The position numbers were made by a program, and so were the translations under genes. A stretch of 57,847 nt of DNA, filler included, from Stramenopiles sp. TOSAG23-6 (Eukaryota), in the NCBI GenBank assembly GCA_900128565.1. It is 3 parts of 3 records of this genome, joined end to end, with 100 filler letters (N's around TTAATTAATTAA, not from the genome) between each part and the next. Parts side by side here need not be neighbours in the genome. Positions count along the whole stretch, not along the records: positions 1 to 19,267 come from LT636051.1; positions 19,368 to 38,584 come from LT636053.1; 1 more part is not named here. One strand, given 5' to 3'. The notes below the pieces were generated by a model. The model saw only the letters and a list, made by a program, of their open reading frames with translations. It had not been told where the DNA came from and did no database searches. Shown in pieces: positions 13,401-24,973 of the stretch. How positions within the stretch are numbered: position 1 is the stretch's first letter; every line of letters begins with the position of its first letter.

Positions 13401-16400
13401 TAGTAATATTCTTAACAATGCCAACATCTAAAAATGTATCAGTCGCATAGATATGATCACCAACTGCAAATTGAGCTGTCGCATCAATTTGATTCCCGTA
13501 CTCAATCTCAATTGTATTTTTATCGGGTTCTTCAAATTTATAAAATGATATTAAACTTTCTTTTTTAATCTCTATCCTAGTTCCAAGAGTATTGATATAT
13601 AGTTCGTCGTCCTTGTACAATTGGAAAGCAGGGGGGGATTCTAGAATTAATTCCGTAGGTTTACACTGATCGACGACTCCTATTAGATCACCATTATATT
13701 TATATACAACATCTCCTTTTACATATTGCAATATGCTACCACCCGTCAACGACACTACATTCGAATCAGTAGTACTAGCAGAAGAAACCTTCATACCCGT
13801 AGCTTTTAAGGCAAAGAAATGCAAAGTGTCAGTTGTAATCATTGATACCGTACCAAGGAATGACATTTCATCAAGATATATTTCATCACCAGGTTGTATT
13901 ATATCATCAATTACCGCATTTCTTATTTGTACAGATATTGCATTGATTTTGATTGACTCTTTAAATTCTATCTCTGCAAATTTCCACAGTTTAGATTTTC
14001 TTACAATTACACCTGTGGGATAAGGAGAAAAATATAACGATGTCCTCGTAGAGTCAACGTTTTCATGGAAACCCCATTCTTCATTTGCGTCATCAGAGGA
14101 ATTTTGATGCATTGGTGTTTTTTTATTTCGAACATATGACAAAATACCGATTTCTTTTGAATTATAAAAAACAGAGTCTCCTGCTGCAAATCGGTAACGT
14201 GCATCTAGTATCTCATTAGTGAATATTGCATTAGCGCCTGCTGAGTGTTGTTTTCTTAGAAAAACTCCAGATGAGGTTATTTCATTACCTTGAAGATCTG
14301 TTTTTCGTGTAAATGATAAATTACCCAATTGACTCTGAAGGTTAGTACTACAATGTCTCCAAGCTATCTTCGTATGAGAAATATCACTAATAGTAATTTT
14401 CCAATTATCAGCGCTTTCACAGATACCATTAACTTCATAATTACTTGTATCGTGACCATCACCAGGTGCTGGAGAGCATTCAAGATCTAACACATTATCC
14501 GCTGTACCAGTCTTATAGCAGACCCACCCCCCATCTTCTACAGTTGTTAAATCGGGCGCAAAATCTATTTCTCCTAATGAGTAAATGGGAGACAGTATCC
14601 TTTCTACCGATTCATTCTGAAGTGTAGTTGTCACAGCATTATCTGCTTGTGATGTCGTATATATCAAAGTATTGCGTGAACAATGAGCATATATAATATG
14701 TGTCTGATCCCCAATAAAATCTATTACTTTAGCATGCCATATACCTTGTCCGGTGCATATTATACTACCAGCGTCGGCTAATTTCAACATGGCACCATAT
14801 TTGTATGGTTGCTCCATACATTCTTCTTCAGATAAAGTTGAATCTGAGCAAGATCGGCCAGTTCCTGGTAATTTACAACCAATATTATCCATCAAATCTT
14901 CTGAATTAATTGCTAATGACATACATACATATCCGCCTGCAATTCCAGGATTCCACGACACCCACGAACCTGTAGTTACTTTATGAGACTTCAATTGGAT
15001 GGATGGTAGAGTCGTAGGAAAATCTGGTATCTTAAACGTGCTTATAGGACTACGATCATCATCATTTTCCGTGCAATATCGCCATCCAAGGTACATCGAA
15101 TTGTTACTGCTGTGATAAGCGCGCATTGCTGAGGTACACTGAATATTTACATCAGTCTTTAGGGAATCGTCGGTTTTTGCGGTTTTACATAAAATCTTGT
15201 CTTCGGGTTTATCTATTTCACTTGAATATGCTGCGAAACATACATAACCACCTGGTGCCCCACCTGACCAAGTTAACATTCCCTGTTGGTCTATTGGCAC
15301 ATCAATAGGAGATAATGTAAGTATCCTAGATGTGTCACCTGGAAATATTACAAGCGGATTACTTACTTCGCCAGCGTCAACACCGTCTTCATTTGATTCT
15401 GTGTTAGATTTACAATATCTCCACCGGAAACGATTCAACGATTTACTCTCCCAGGGAATTTCGATGAGTTTTTCTGCTGTAGAGCACTTTATACTCGTGT
15501 CAATTGTATCTTGATTGTTAATATTTTCATCACATGATTTCATTTTATTGTTATCACAGTAGTAACCTGGGGGGCATTTCAGTGGCGTACCCGTACCCGG
15601 TGGGCAAATGAAGGTTTCACCATCAGCATCATATACAACACCCCTTTCGGCTTTATTGTACGTACAACTTAAAGGGTTTATAGAGCCTGTTGGACAATAA
15701 TGACCCTCTGGGCATTCTATACAAGATGTTTGCAAAATTTTAGAATTATATTTACCCGCGGGACATTGTTCACACACATCCATACCAAAACATAGGTGTT
15801 TCCATGAACAACCCTGAATGTTTTCACAGGATGTCACACCTACTTGTGTAGAACAACTTTCACCATTTAAACCTTCACCAATACAATGCCCTTCTACCCA
15901 ATGTTGTCCGTCGTTTTCACAAGTAATTTTAGTATCATGATTTGGATCTGAACAACCACGCTGCATGTACCAAGTACAATTCGCTGAGATACAATCTTCC
16001 ATAGAACTTTTATCACATTCAACTGTAAAGTATCCGGTAGATGCTCTACATCCTCCCCATGTACAAGTGTCACTTGAACATGTATTTGAATTAGTATTCT
16101 CGCTACAAATGTTTCGTTGATAGGTTCCACTTGGACACACCCTAACATTCACTGTAGCACTTTCATCCCCTTTTCCATGACTATTTGTTGCATGTATTAC
16201 AATATCATAATCCTTGGCAACGCTAACATTGATACGTTCTGATTGAATGTTATCTGTATTATTCGACCATGTGCAGAGACGTGGATGATCACTCCAAGCG
16301 CATTCATCATTATTTTCACAAAGTTCCTGGTTAGCTCCTTGGCAAATATTTGAGATAAAAGCATGAGAAACACACGAGCCTTTGCCGTTGTTGTCCTCCC

Positions 16401-19232
16401 AAGAACAAAGCTTGTCTTCAATACAGCTATCCTCTGAAAGATAAGAATTACATTTTGTTTCATATTTTGGATAACACAGTGATGTATTACATATATTTTT
16501 TGGAAATCGCTCGGAGTAATATTCTTGTCCGTCGACAGAGTCACACACAGGGCAACCATTAGATGTTTCTTTTGTCGAACCAATCGGTGATGGTGCACAT
16601 GGGGTACAACATGGTCTCGCTACGCATGAATTTTCTAGAACAATACAGTCATATATAGAACCCTCAGTTTCACACTGTCCTACGCCATACCCTCCACAAA
16701 TACCACTGTTTATCGCGGTACACTTATTTTGACAAAAATTAAGACCACTTGTTGGCGTCTTTTCTATTATTTCGCTAAACCCAGCGACATCGAATCTAGT
16801 TATAGGTGAGCCGCCATCGCTTCCACAACGCCATGTCACGAGTAAATCAGGGGAACTATTTGTTTTTTCTATTGAAACTTCGACTTGTGTCGGTTTTGAT
16901 GGAGTTGAGGCTGTCATGCTAAAGGCAAGGATACGCGTGTATGGTGACCATCCGACTGGGCTGAGTGATCTTCCACGTACCAGAAGTTTGTCTGTAGTGA
17001 TACCATCCCATACTACAATTCCTTCGTCCTTTATTCTTGGTGTCCAGCTCCCGCCTTCTTCCAATAATTCAAATTGTGTTTTTATCACGCTTTTCATATC
17101 TACCTCAACACGCCTAAGCTGGAACAACTTCGTACCCGCTTCAACTACTTTATCAGCAGAAATTTTGTCGATCGGAATATTTCGCGGTCCAGAGCATTTC
17201 CATAACTTTGTTCCCTCTTCAAGAGTCATTTGTATATTTTCTGAAAATATAGAAATTGTCATATTTTCATTGATGACTTCTACATGTGTGATGGTTCCTA
17301 TAAAAGTATTTTTGTTAATACATACACCATCTCCAATAGTAAAGTCATCTATTAAAGTTGGATGTTTAGTTGTAATTGTAAGAATTTCACGATTTCTGAG
17401 GGTATACCCTGTAGCAGTTTCGGTCTTTTCTGAGTGCTCTACTAAAGCAAATTCTTTCATTTTTCGTTTTCCTATTTTTGAGTTGTATGGGAGTATTACT
17501 GCATTAGGTTCTTCCAATGTAATCACACCATTCCTAGTTTTGGTGTTGATGTTGGTGTTGATGTTAGATTTTGCCACAACACCAACATAAATTCCGACAG
17601 AATCTCCAGATGTCGAAAGTAAAACTACATCCCCAGGGTAAAAAAAATCATCTATTTTTGACGACTTCTTTGTATTTTCGTAGTGAATTATTGTTGTTGT
17701 GTGCTCTTTTGGTATCTCTATTTTTACGATGAATTTATTAAAGTTAATTTTTTTTTGTTGAATAAATAACGCGGAACCATCTGTAAGTATTCGTGTAGTA
17801 TTTTCACCTTGGATAGAAATATATTTATCTCCATCGGAATATGAATTAGCGATAACTAATCCTGTATCTTTGTAAGTTGCCATATAGTTACCCTTATTGG
17901 AATTATCTCCTTTCCAGCCTGGCATTATTGGTATTGGACGAGAAAGGACAGCGAGGTTTTGCGCTGTCGCTATATGCTGTATTTTTTGGCCTAATGCAGT
18001 TAAAGGATTTCCGCCATTTTCATTTACATCACGCCATATGGGAACATCCACTTCTGTGCTCAATATCTTATGCGATGTTTTTGGTTTACACGGGTATGTA
18101 TCGGAGTCTGTTTTTTCATAAACACAAAATCTAACGTCACATTCAGATCCGGTTACGGAGCTATAACATTTATTTGTACAAGTTCCTACAGTAGTTGCAT
18201 TGTCCGTGTAAAAAACATTAATATCAATACCCCATTCTAAGTTATCATTCCATATCCTAGAACTATTGGCATTCATCTCGCATGATTCGCGAGTATCCAA
18301 TTCATGAAGTTTTCTAAGATGAATAATATTTGAATTTTCATCATATTTTACTTCACTGCAATGTGGAGCTTTACAGCTAGATTCATCTCGTGAATACCCA
18401 TCGCTGCACTTCAAAATTTTTAGTTCACATTTATACCCCTTGTCAATCTTGTCTTGCCAAGTGCAGCCGCCTTCCTCTTTACACGTTTTTTCGTCTAATC
18501 CAGCACAATTTTCTTCGCCTATGCAAGAATCACACATAGCTTTGTCAAATTTTTCAACATTTACCAACACTGAGGTGTCATTTTCATGTGTTGTCTTCTC
18601 AACCTCTGCGTAATATTGTGTGTTTTTTGAAAGTGAAAGTTTCTCTCCCTTAATATACCTTCTTCCTGCTAGTCCAAAAGTACTCTCTATTGGCCACATT
18701 TGTAATAACTTATCCCATTTACATACTTCATGGTTAACTGTACATGTATCCTCGTTTACATGCATTTTACAATTATCATACATTTTTTTCCATGGTCGCT
18801 GGATTTTATAAGTCGTTTCCCCCTGGATTGGTACTACAACACCTTCAAATGATTCGATAGTTGCTTTCCGTGTCCGGGCATTATAAAATGTGATACGTGT
18901 AATTAGTCCTGCCCCCTTTCCTCCTGTGAGTACGAGAGTGTGATTTACCAGTTCATTATTATTTCTTGGCATAGAATCCCAAGTGGCACCAGGAAATCCA
19001 TTCGCAAATGCAACAGTAGAGCAGTGTAACTCTACGGGAGTTGAAACATCATGGAATGCAGCATTTGTACTTTCTACACCACGTGCAACATTCATCTCAT
19101 CATCACCTATTTCTGTTAGTTCCATAATTTCATCATCCACTAAAAAAAGAACCTTTTCGCCAATGTCTTGAAACGAATTCAAAAGATCTGCAATTGTATT
19201 AAATGGGGTGTTAGTCACCAAATTTTCTTGTA
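4436..19232 (-). CDS. Giant (>4800 aa, 5'-truncated) cysteine-rich surface protein. It has GCC2/GCC3-like CPxGxYC repeats, beta-rich repeats, an FN3-like unit, a C-terminal multipass membrane domain and a cytoplasmic EF-hand. One intron at 5635-5735
   Basis: The 4507-aa and 420-aa ORFs join by a GT-AG intron (IMYP-G-LTVRCFQIF). Many CPxGxYC repeats; hydrophobic helices (KLLISYLQVISQ, LYVIGIP, WWYEFVEMVRK); loop DENNDGFLSFFE. Confidence 0.85.
5635..5735 (-). other. GT-AG intron with weak family resemblance
   Basis: GTAAGT...ATGAAAATTTT...CTAAC...TACAG; removal gives MYP-G-LTV. Confidence 0.9.
8240..8345 (-). repeat. 18-bp coding tandem repeat (SEDTKT/SDKTKT, about 6 copies)
   Basis: GAAGTTTTAGTCTTGTC recurs. 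Confidence 0.9.
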
Positions 19233-19267
19233 GAAGAAGGTATATTAAGGGAGAGAAACTTTCACTT

Positions 19268-19367
19268 NNNNNNNNNNNNNNNNNNNNNNNNNNNNNNNNN
19301 NNNNNNNNNNNTTAATTAATTAANNNNNNNNNNNNNNNNNNNNNNNNNNNNNNNNNNNNNNNNNNNN
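19268..19367. other. Artificial contig linker (N-run, TTAATTAATTAA, N-run)
   Basis: Six-frame stop linker between N-runs. Confidence 0.95.
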
Positions 19368-19422
19368 GTACAAAATTTCGTACGAAAAAAAAATAAATTT
19401 GAAATTCATAATGAAAACGTAC
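19368..19422 (-). other. Family intron, 5' part running into the gap
   Basis: CAA|GTACGTTTTCATTATGAATTTC...CGTACGAAATTTTGTAC. Confidence 0.8.
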
Positions 19423-22400
19423 TTGAACTTGCAACACTTCTAAAGGTACAATAGAGGTATGTGTATGTAATGCTTGAATACTTGATTTCTGATATTTTTT
19501 TTTATCATTTTGATTTTTTGTTATAAATCGTGAAAATTCTACATGTAATTTTAGGAAAATATTTCAAACATTTGATTTTTTAGTTAAATACAAAATTTTC
19601 ATAGTAAAAAAAAATTTAAAATTCATTTTTTTGTAAACGTACATGATGTTTTTCGTCCCATCTAGAAGAATAACCATCAAAACGTACAACTACAATTCGA
19701 GTTTTTGGATTTTTTAAATGTTCATTTAAATGTTCATTTAAATGTTCATTTAAATGTTCAGTTTTATTTTGAGTGTGATTTTTAGAATTTTCGAAAGTAA
19801 CATTATTTTGGTTGGTCGATACATCATCATCATTTGTTCCAGTAGTTGACTGGTGTAAAGGTTTATCAACATTTTCATCAACATTTTCATCAACATTTTC
19901 ATCAACATTTTCATCAGCTGTTTTTTTCATATCCAACATTTTACTTTCTCTCTCTAAAGATTCCTCAATAGTTTCTATTGATATAATTGTAGCTTGTAGC
20001 CAAACACCTTCTTGATCAAATACATCAACTCTACCATTCACTACAAATAAATTATCATTTTTTTTGATACTATTCGAATCCATAATATCGGGTATATCAT
20101 TTTTTTCCTCACTTGTTGTACCCAAGGAATTTGGATTTTTTGGATTTTGTTGAGTATTCATTGATGTGAAGCTATCATCATTTGTAGTCGTCTTGTCATT
20201 ATCGACATCTTTTTTTTTACTAAACCAATCACCAATTGAAAAAGAACTTTTTTCGGACTTTTTTTTTTCCAAATTTAATTTTTCTTTCAATACAAAAAAA
20301 TCTTTTGGATATTCGAAAGCAACAATGGCATGATTTCGTCGACGTGGAAGGACTTGAACCGATTGATGATCACTGTAAACATTTGCTAACAAACCAGCTC
20401 TTAATTCATACAACTCGAGCCGTGAATGAGTTACACCACCTGATAGTAAAAATATATATATCACACAAAATAAAAATTATTAGCTATGAAATTTTCTATG
20501 AGAAAAACAAAACTGAAATTCATAATGGAAAAAGTACACTGTTCTGAAAGTTCTCTCTTCAAATCTCCTACTGCGCTCAATTGAGGCAACAAAATTGTAT
20601 ACTTTGTTGCCGTCCTACGTAATTTCATATCATCATTTTTATTGTTTTTTCTTGGCGAACTGAAATAAACGATAACAGAAATCGAAATTTGTTTCACGGG
20701 AAGTTGAACTGATACAAAATGCAGTGGTTCAAATCTCAAAGATCTATATCCACATTCTCCACAAGTTACGCTTCCTCGTTCCATTCCAAAAAAGAGATCC
20801 GCTATAGCAGATCTGTTTCTTTTTTTATATTCTATCCAAGCTTCTTCAGCTAAAACTCTATCTGGTTTTGTTATAATTTCAGAATCGCTTTCTTTTCTTT
20901 CAATGAGCTTAGTATCAATTTTATTTTTATCAATGTTTTTATCAATATTATTAGTAGTATTACTATCAATATCATCATCTTTATCATTACTATCACTATT
21001 CTCAGTTCTATCACTGGGTAATTCTTCAACTTGTCTTGCTAACTCAATGCCACATTCATCTTTAACTTTGTTTGTGTCATTTTTGGTACCATTTAATACT
21101 ACAACATCGTCCTTAGTTTCACAATTCGATTCTTTTTGTGGTTTCTTCGGTTTCACATTTTCTCTTACTCGTTGAAGATCTTCATGACAAGACATTAAAC
21201 ATGTATTTTGGAAAAATATTTGAGAAGAAAATTCGTTAGGTATAAAATTTCGTACGAAAAATAAATTCGAANTTGNAAAAAAAANAAAACATACNTGACA
21301 ACGCAACTTCTTGAGCATCCTGTTGCTCACATCCTTCAAATTGAGTATGACATGGATTGTAAAAAGATACGTTACACAAGCGATTGTTTGTTTTGTTAGT
21401 TTGAACATACACACACAGAAAAAAAAAAAAGGTAAACAATTTATGAAAACGAAAACATATATGAACTTAAAACAGCTTTGAAATCATTTGGATATATAAA
21501 ACGTCTTCCATTCGAAGAAGGTTTTTTCCATAACATTTTCAAAAGGTTTGCAAAAGAACAAACAAAACGGCCACCCGATCCAAATTTGTTAGTTACATTA
21601 ATTTGTGTTTCCCATGTATTGAGAAAAAATATTTTTTTTTGTAAAATTTGTTAGGTACGAAATTTCGTATGAAAACCAAAAAAAAAAATTAAATTAGAAA
21701 TTCATATCAAACGTACACTGATCCGAAATGAGAAAATTTCTCAGTAATGGTGCATGACTCAAACATTGCAGAACAGAATTCATATAACAAGTATTACCTA
21801 TATTAGCCAATCCTACAGCACCACGACGATCAGCTTTTCCTTTTCCAGAATGTATTTTGGAAAAATATTTCAAAAAAAAACCGTTATGTACAAAATTACG
21901 TACGAAAAAAAATCGAATTTGAAAAAAAATAAAAACATACATCAAACATTCTACCAAGACCAAGACCATATGATGTATTGTGAAAAAATATGTAATTTGA
22001 TGTTTAATTGTTAGGTACGAAATTTACTACAACAACAAAAAAAATGAAATTCATAATTAAAATGTACATGAATAAAGACCACGAGAGGTATTCCATCGAT
22101 TAATTTTTTGTTGTTGTTTGCGCCGTGCAATTGTTTTTTCCGTGGTGTGAGTTCCTAGAGGCGCAAGCTTGTCGCTATTTGATAAAAACATTTCATCCCA
22201 CTTACTCGACCAACCACAAAAATTAATTCGAAGTCTTTGAATTGGTATAGAATTATTATTATTTTCATCATTTGAAAGATTATTTCCATTATTAGTACTA
22301 TCATTACTTGATTCAACATTTTCTATTTGACCATGTACAGTATTTTCAGTTGTGATACTAACGACCATAGATTCATACCAATTGCCTTCTTTATCACACG

Positions 22401-24660
22401 CATCCAAGCGATCATTTACCTCAAAATTACGAAATCTTTTGTTTTTTTCCTGTGCTACATCAGCAGGCCATCGAAATGTCAATTTTTCTTCTTCTTTTAT
22501 CTTAGATTTTTTTGGGTTGGGGATATCTGTAGGGATATCTGTAGAGGCAATGGAAAGAGCTTGTTCCACCATAAAAGCATCACCAGAATTAACAATGAAA
22601 TTTGGTTCAATATTAATCTCAGTATCATCATTTGTAGTATTATCGAAATGCTCGCAATCCAAAGAATCTAAAGAATTGTTCATACGCTCGGGAGAAACAA
22701 GAACCCATTCTCCTCCAGCAGATTTGTGCCATAGTCGTAAAGGCATTTCTTTCGTTTTTTTAGAAGAATTGTTTTTCTTTTTTTTCTTTTTCTTTTTCTT
22801 TTTTTTCTTCTTCTTACCAAATATTGTCCATTTTTTATCTCCCTTATCTTCACAATTATCGAAATTATCGAAATTATTCAAAATATCACTATTTGAATCT
22901 TTCGCTACAAGCACATGTATTCTTTGATATGCAACATCAAGTAATTGTTGAAAAGTGTTTTTTTTTGATAAACTAATGCTTACAGTGGGGCTCTTAGTGT
23001 CAGAATAGCCGCTTGTTTTATTCATCCAAACACATTTAAATACCAAAGGATATAGCTCAACTGCTCCTCGACAACAAGAACTTGGCATATCAATCTCGTG
23101 AGGCATAGGTACTCCCACATTCATGTATTGTGAAAAAATAATTTTTTTTTTTTTGGAAATTTATAAAAAAAATCGTTAGGTACAAAATTTCATATGAAAA
23201 AAAAATCAAAATTCATGTTGAAACACGTACAAACGGTCTTCTACTACAAATCTTCCAAAAATAGATCCAAGTTTTGAACCATACCATTCATACATTATTA
23301 TCCATAATTTCTCTGGGAATAAAACAAAATCACTAAATTCAGCAAGACCCGGTCGTAAAGTACCAACAAATGCACCCCTAATATCGCTATTATCAATGGC
23401 AGCAGGTTTGTCACCATATGAATGCGATAAACTTCGATTCATATCTAATCTTTGATAACCTGAAGACGTCGATGTCTTGATTGATTCATTGAAATGAACT
23501 TCATGAACAACTTCACTTTTATTGTTTCTATCTTCAGTTCCACAATCAGTAGAAGTATTACGTATTAAACTACTTTCTATAATTGATGTTTCATTAGGGT
23601 TAGGGTTACGTATTAAACTACTTTCTATAATTATTGATGTTTCATTATTTTGTGTCGAGGGAATTTCACTACTTTTTTCTTCAAAAGTACAACGACCCGC
23701 TGCAAACCAATCAACATATTCCGTCCATTCATCCCACCATGTTTTAGATACAACAAACCATGTCTGACCACGGATAGCTCGTCTATTTTGAGAGTCATTT
23801 TCAGTCAACAATCTAAACACTATATCACGTTCATCTGAAGCTGAATGAAGAGGAGAAAATGCTTTTAATAATCTAGACGCGTCAAGATTTTGCCCCTCTA
23901 TTGCCCATTTACGAAAATCCTCATATTCTATTTGTTTAGACACTACTGGCAATATATTCAATGATGAATTTTCCGAATTCTCCAAAGATTCTTCATTTTC
24001 TTTTGTAGTCAAATTAATAGGTTTGTGTTGTTCAAAAAGAACGCGTTCTTGTCTACGAATCCAACAAGACGCACCATCTGTATGAGGACCTACTGAATTG
24101 TTTGCCTTTTTTGTAGTATTATCTCGAGGAATAGAAACACCAAGACTAGCACCAGGCGAAACAACAGCTGTCTCAAGCAAAGTTCGTATTTCCACGTTTG
24201 AAAGCACGCCGTCGTTGTTCAGATCAAATAGATCAAAAACAAGTCGAGCTTTTTCTTCTGGTGAAGCTATGCAACATATACTAATGGCAACGCAAAACTC
24301 GCGAAAGTCTAAAACTCCATTCTCGTCGTGGTCAAATAAACGGAAAGCATTTGAAATGATGGAATCGGGAAAACCAGAATGTTGAAACTCCTCACGGAAA
24401 ATACCTGAAAAGTCATCTTCAGTCAATTTTGCTGTTACACCAAACTCAGATGATGTACATGATTCATCTGAATTCATATTTGAAGCAACAGCCATACGAA
24501 ATTTGCGGAGAAGTCGCTTCACGTCACTGTGCTTCCAGTTGTCCAGAAGCGAATTAGTATAATCGAGATATAGTAAGTCGTCAGTGCTTAAAATCTTTCC
24601 ATCTTTTTCGCGTCTCCACAATAAAGTGCCTTTAGCACGGACACTGTTACATATCCCCAT
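19423..24660 (-). CDS. USP32-like ubiquitin-specific protease (EF-hands, DUSP, UBL, catalytic domain with Tudor/Agenet-like inserts), 3'-truncated by the gap. Exons 24660-23231, 23122-22068, 21972-21941, 21849-21717, 21613-21461, 21351-21295, 21200-20538, 20439-19643, 19542-19423
   Basis: EF loops DHDENGVLDFRE and DLNNDGVLSNVE; DUSP motifs WFVVSKTWW...PAAIDN...WYG; Cys box GLANIGNTCYMNSVLQCL; QQDAQE; CHEDLQRV; SAIADLFFG..CGECG. Confidence 0.9.
19543..19642 (-). other. Family intron, GT-AT
   Basis: Removal gives WDEKHH|VEFS; CAT|GTA is repeated at both junctions. Confidence 0.8.
20440..20537 (-). other. Family intron, GT-AG
   Basis: Removal gives LSEQ-C-GVTH; family internal motifs present. 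Confidence 0.85.
21201..21294 (-). other. Family intron, GT-AT
   Basis: Links QQDAQEVALS to LMSCHEDL. Confidence 0.85.
21352..21460 (-). other. Family intron, AT-AT (diverged)
   Basis: Removal gives FKAVLSS-C-HTQFEG. Confidence 0.8.
21614..21716 (-). other. Family intron, GT-AT
   Basis: Removal gives SDQ-W-ETQIN. Confidence 0.85.
21850..21940 (-). other. Family intron, GT-AT
   Basis: Removal gives RMFD|SGKG, leading into the Cys box. Confidence 0.8.
21973..22067 (-). other. Family intron, GT-AT
   Basis: Removal gives LYS-S-YGLG. Confidence 0.8.
23123..23230 (-). other. Family intron, GT-AT
   Basis: Removal gives VEDR-L-NVG; the upstream exon ends TT. Confidence 0.85.
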
Positions 24661-24895
24661 CGTGAAAATATATGAATGGTGTAGTAGAAATAATTAGATC
24701 AGCAGTTCTGAAGATAATTTTGCAATCTCAAAATTTAATCTATATAAGAATAAGATTCTTCTGAAATCTTTGAACGTGGCACGGAAACGCACGAAATATT
24801 GATGGATTGTCTAAATAAATCGAAATTCAAAAAAGAAGTCAAAAGAAGTAGACTTTTCCATCTGATAAAGATTTCAAAAAGTATATCCAAGATGA

Positions 24896-24955
24896 TATTG
24901 TTTGGGTGATCTGTCGATATCATTATTATTGTTTGGGTGATCTGACGATATCATT
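24896..24955. repeat. 31-bp-period tandem duplication in the divergent USP/kinase intergenic region
   Basis: TATTGTTTGGGTGATCTG(T/A)CGATATCATT twice. Confidence 0.85.
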
Positions 24956-24973
24956 GTAGATAGAATTATTGCG

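Noticed and set aside
6260-19171. Many short antisense ORFs over the giant gene and other long CDSs
   Set aside because: Shadow ORFs with no recognisable motifs.
18631-19267. 35-bp perfect inverted repeat (18631-18665 vs 19233-19267) as transposon ends
   Set aside because: One copy is ordinary coding sequence and the other sits at the contig end, typical of a whole-genome-amplification fold-back chimera.
19268-19367. TTAATTAATTAA within N-runs as a biological motif, and synteny across it
   Set aside because: Artificial linker (also at 38585-38684); gene order across linkers is not evidence.
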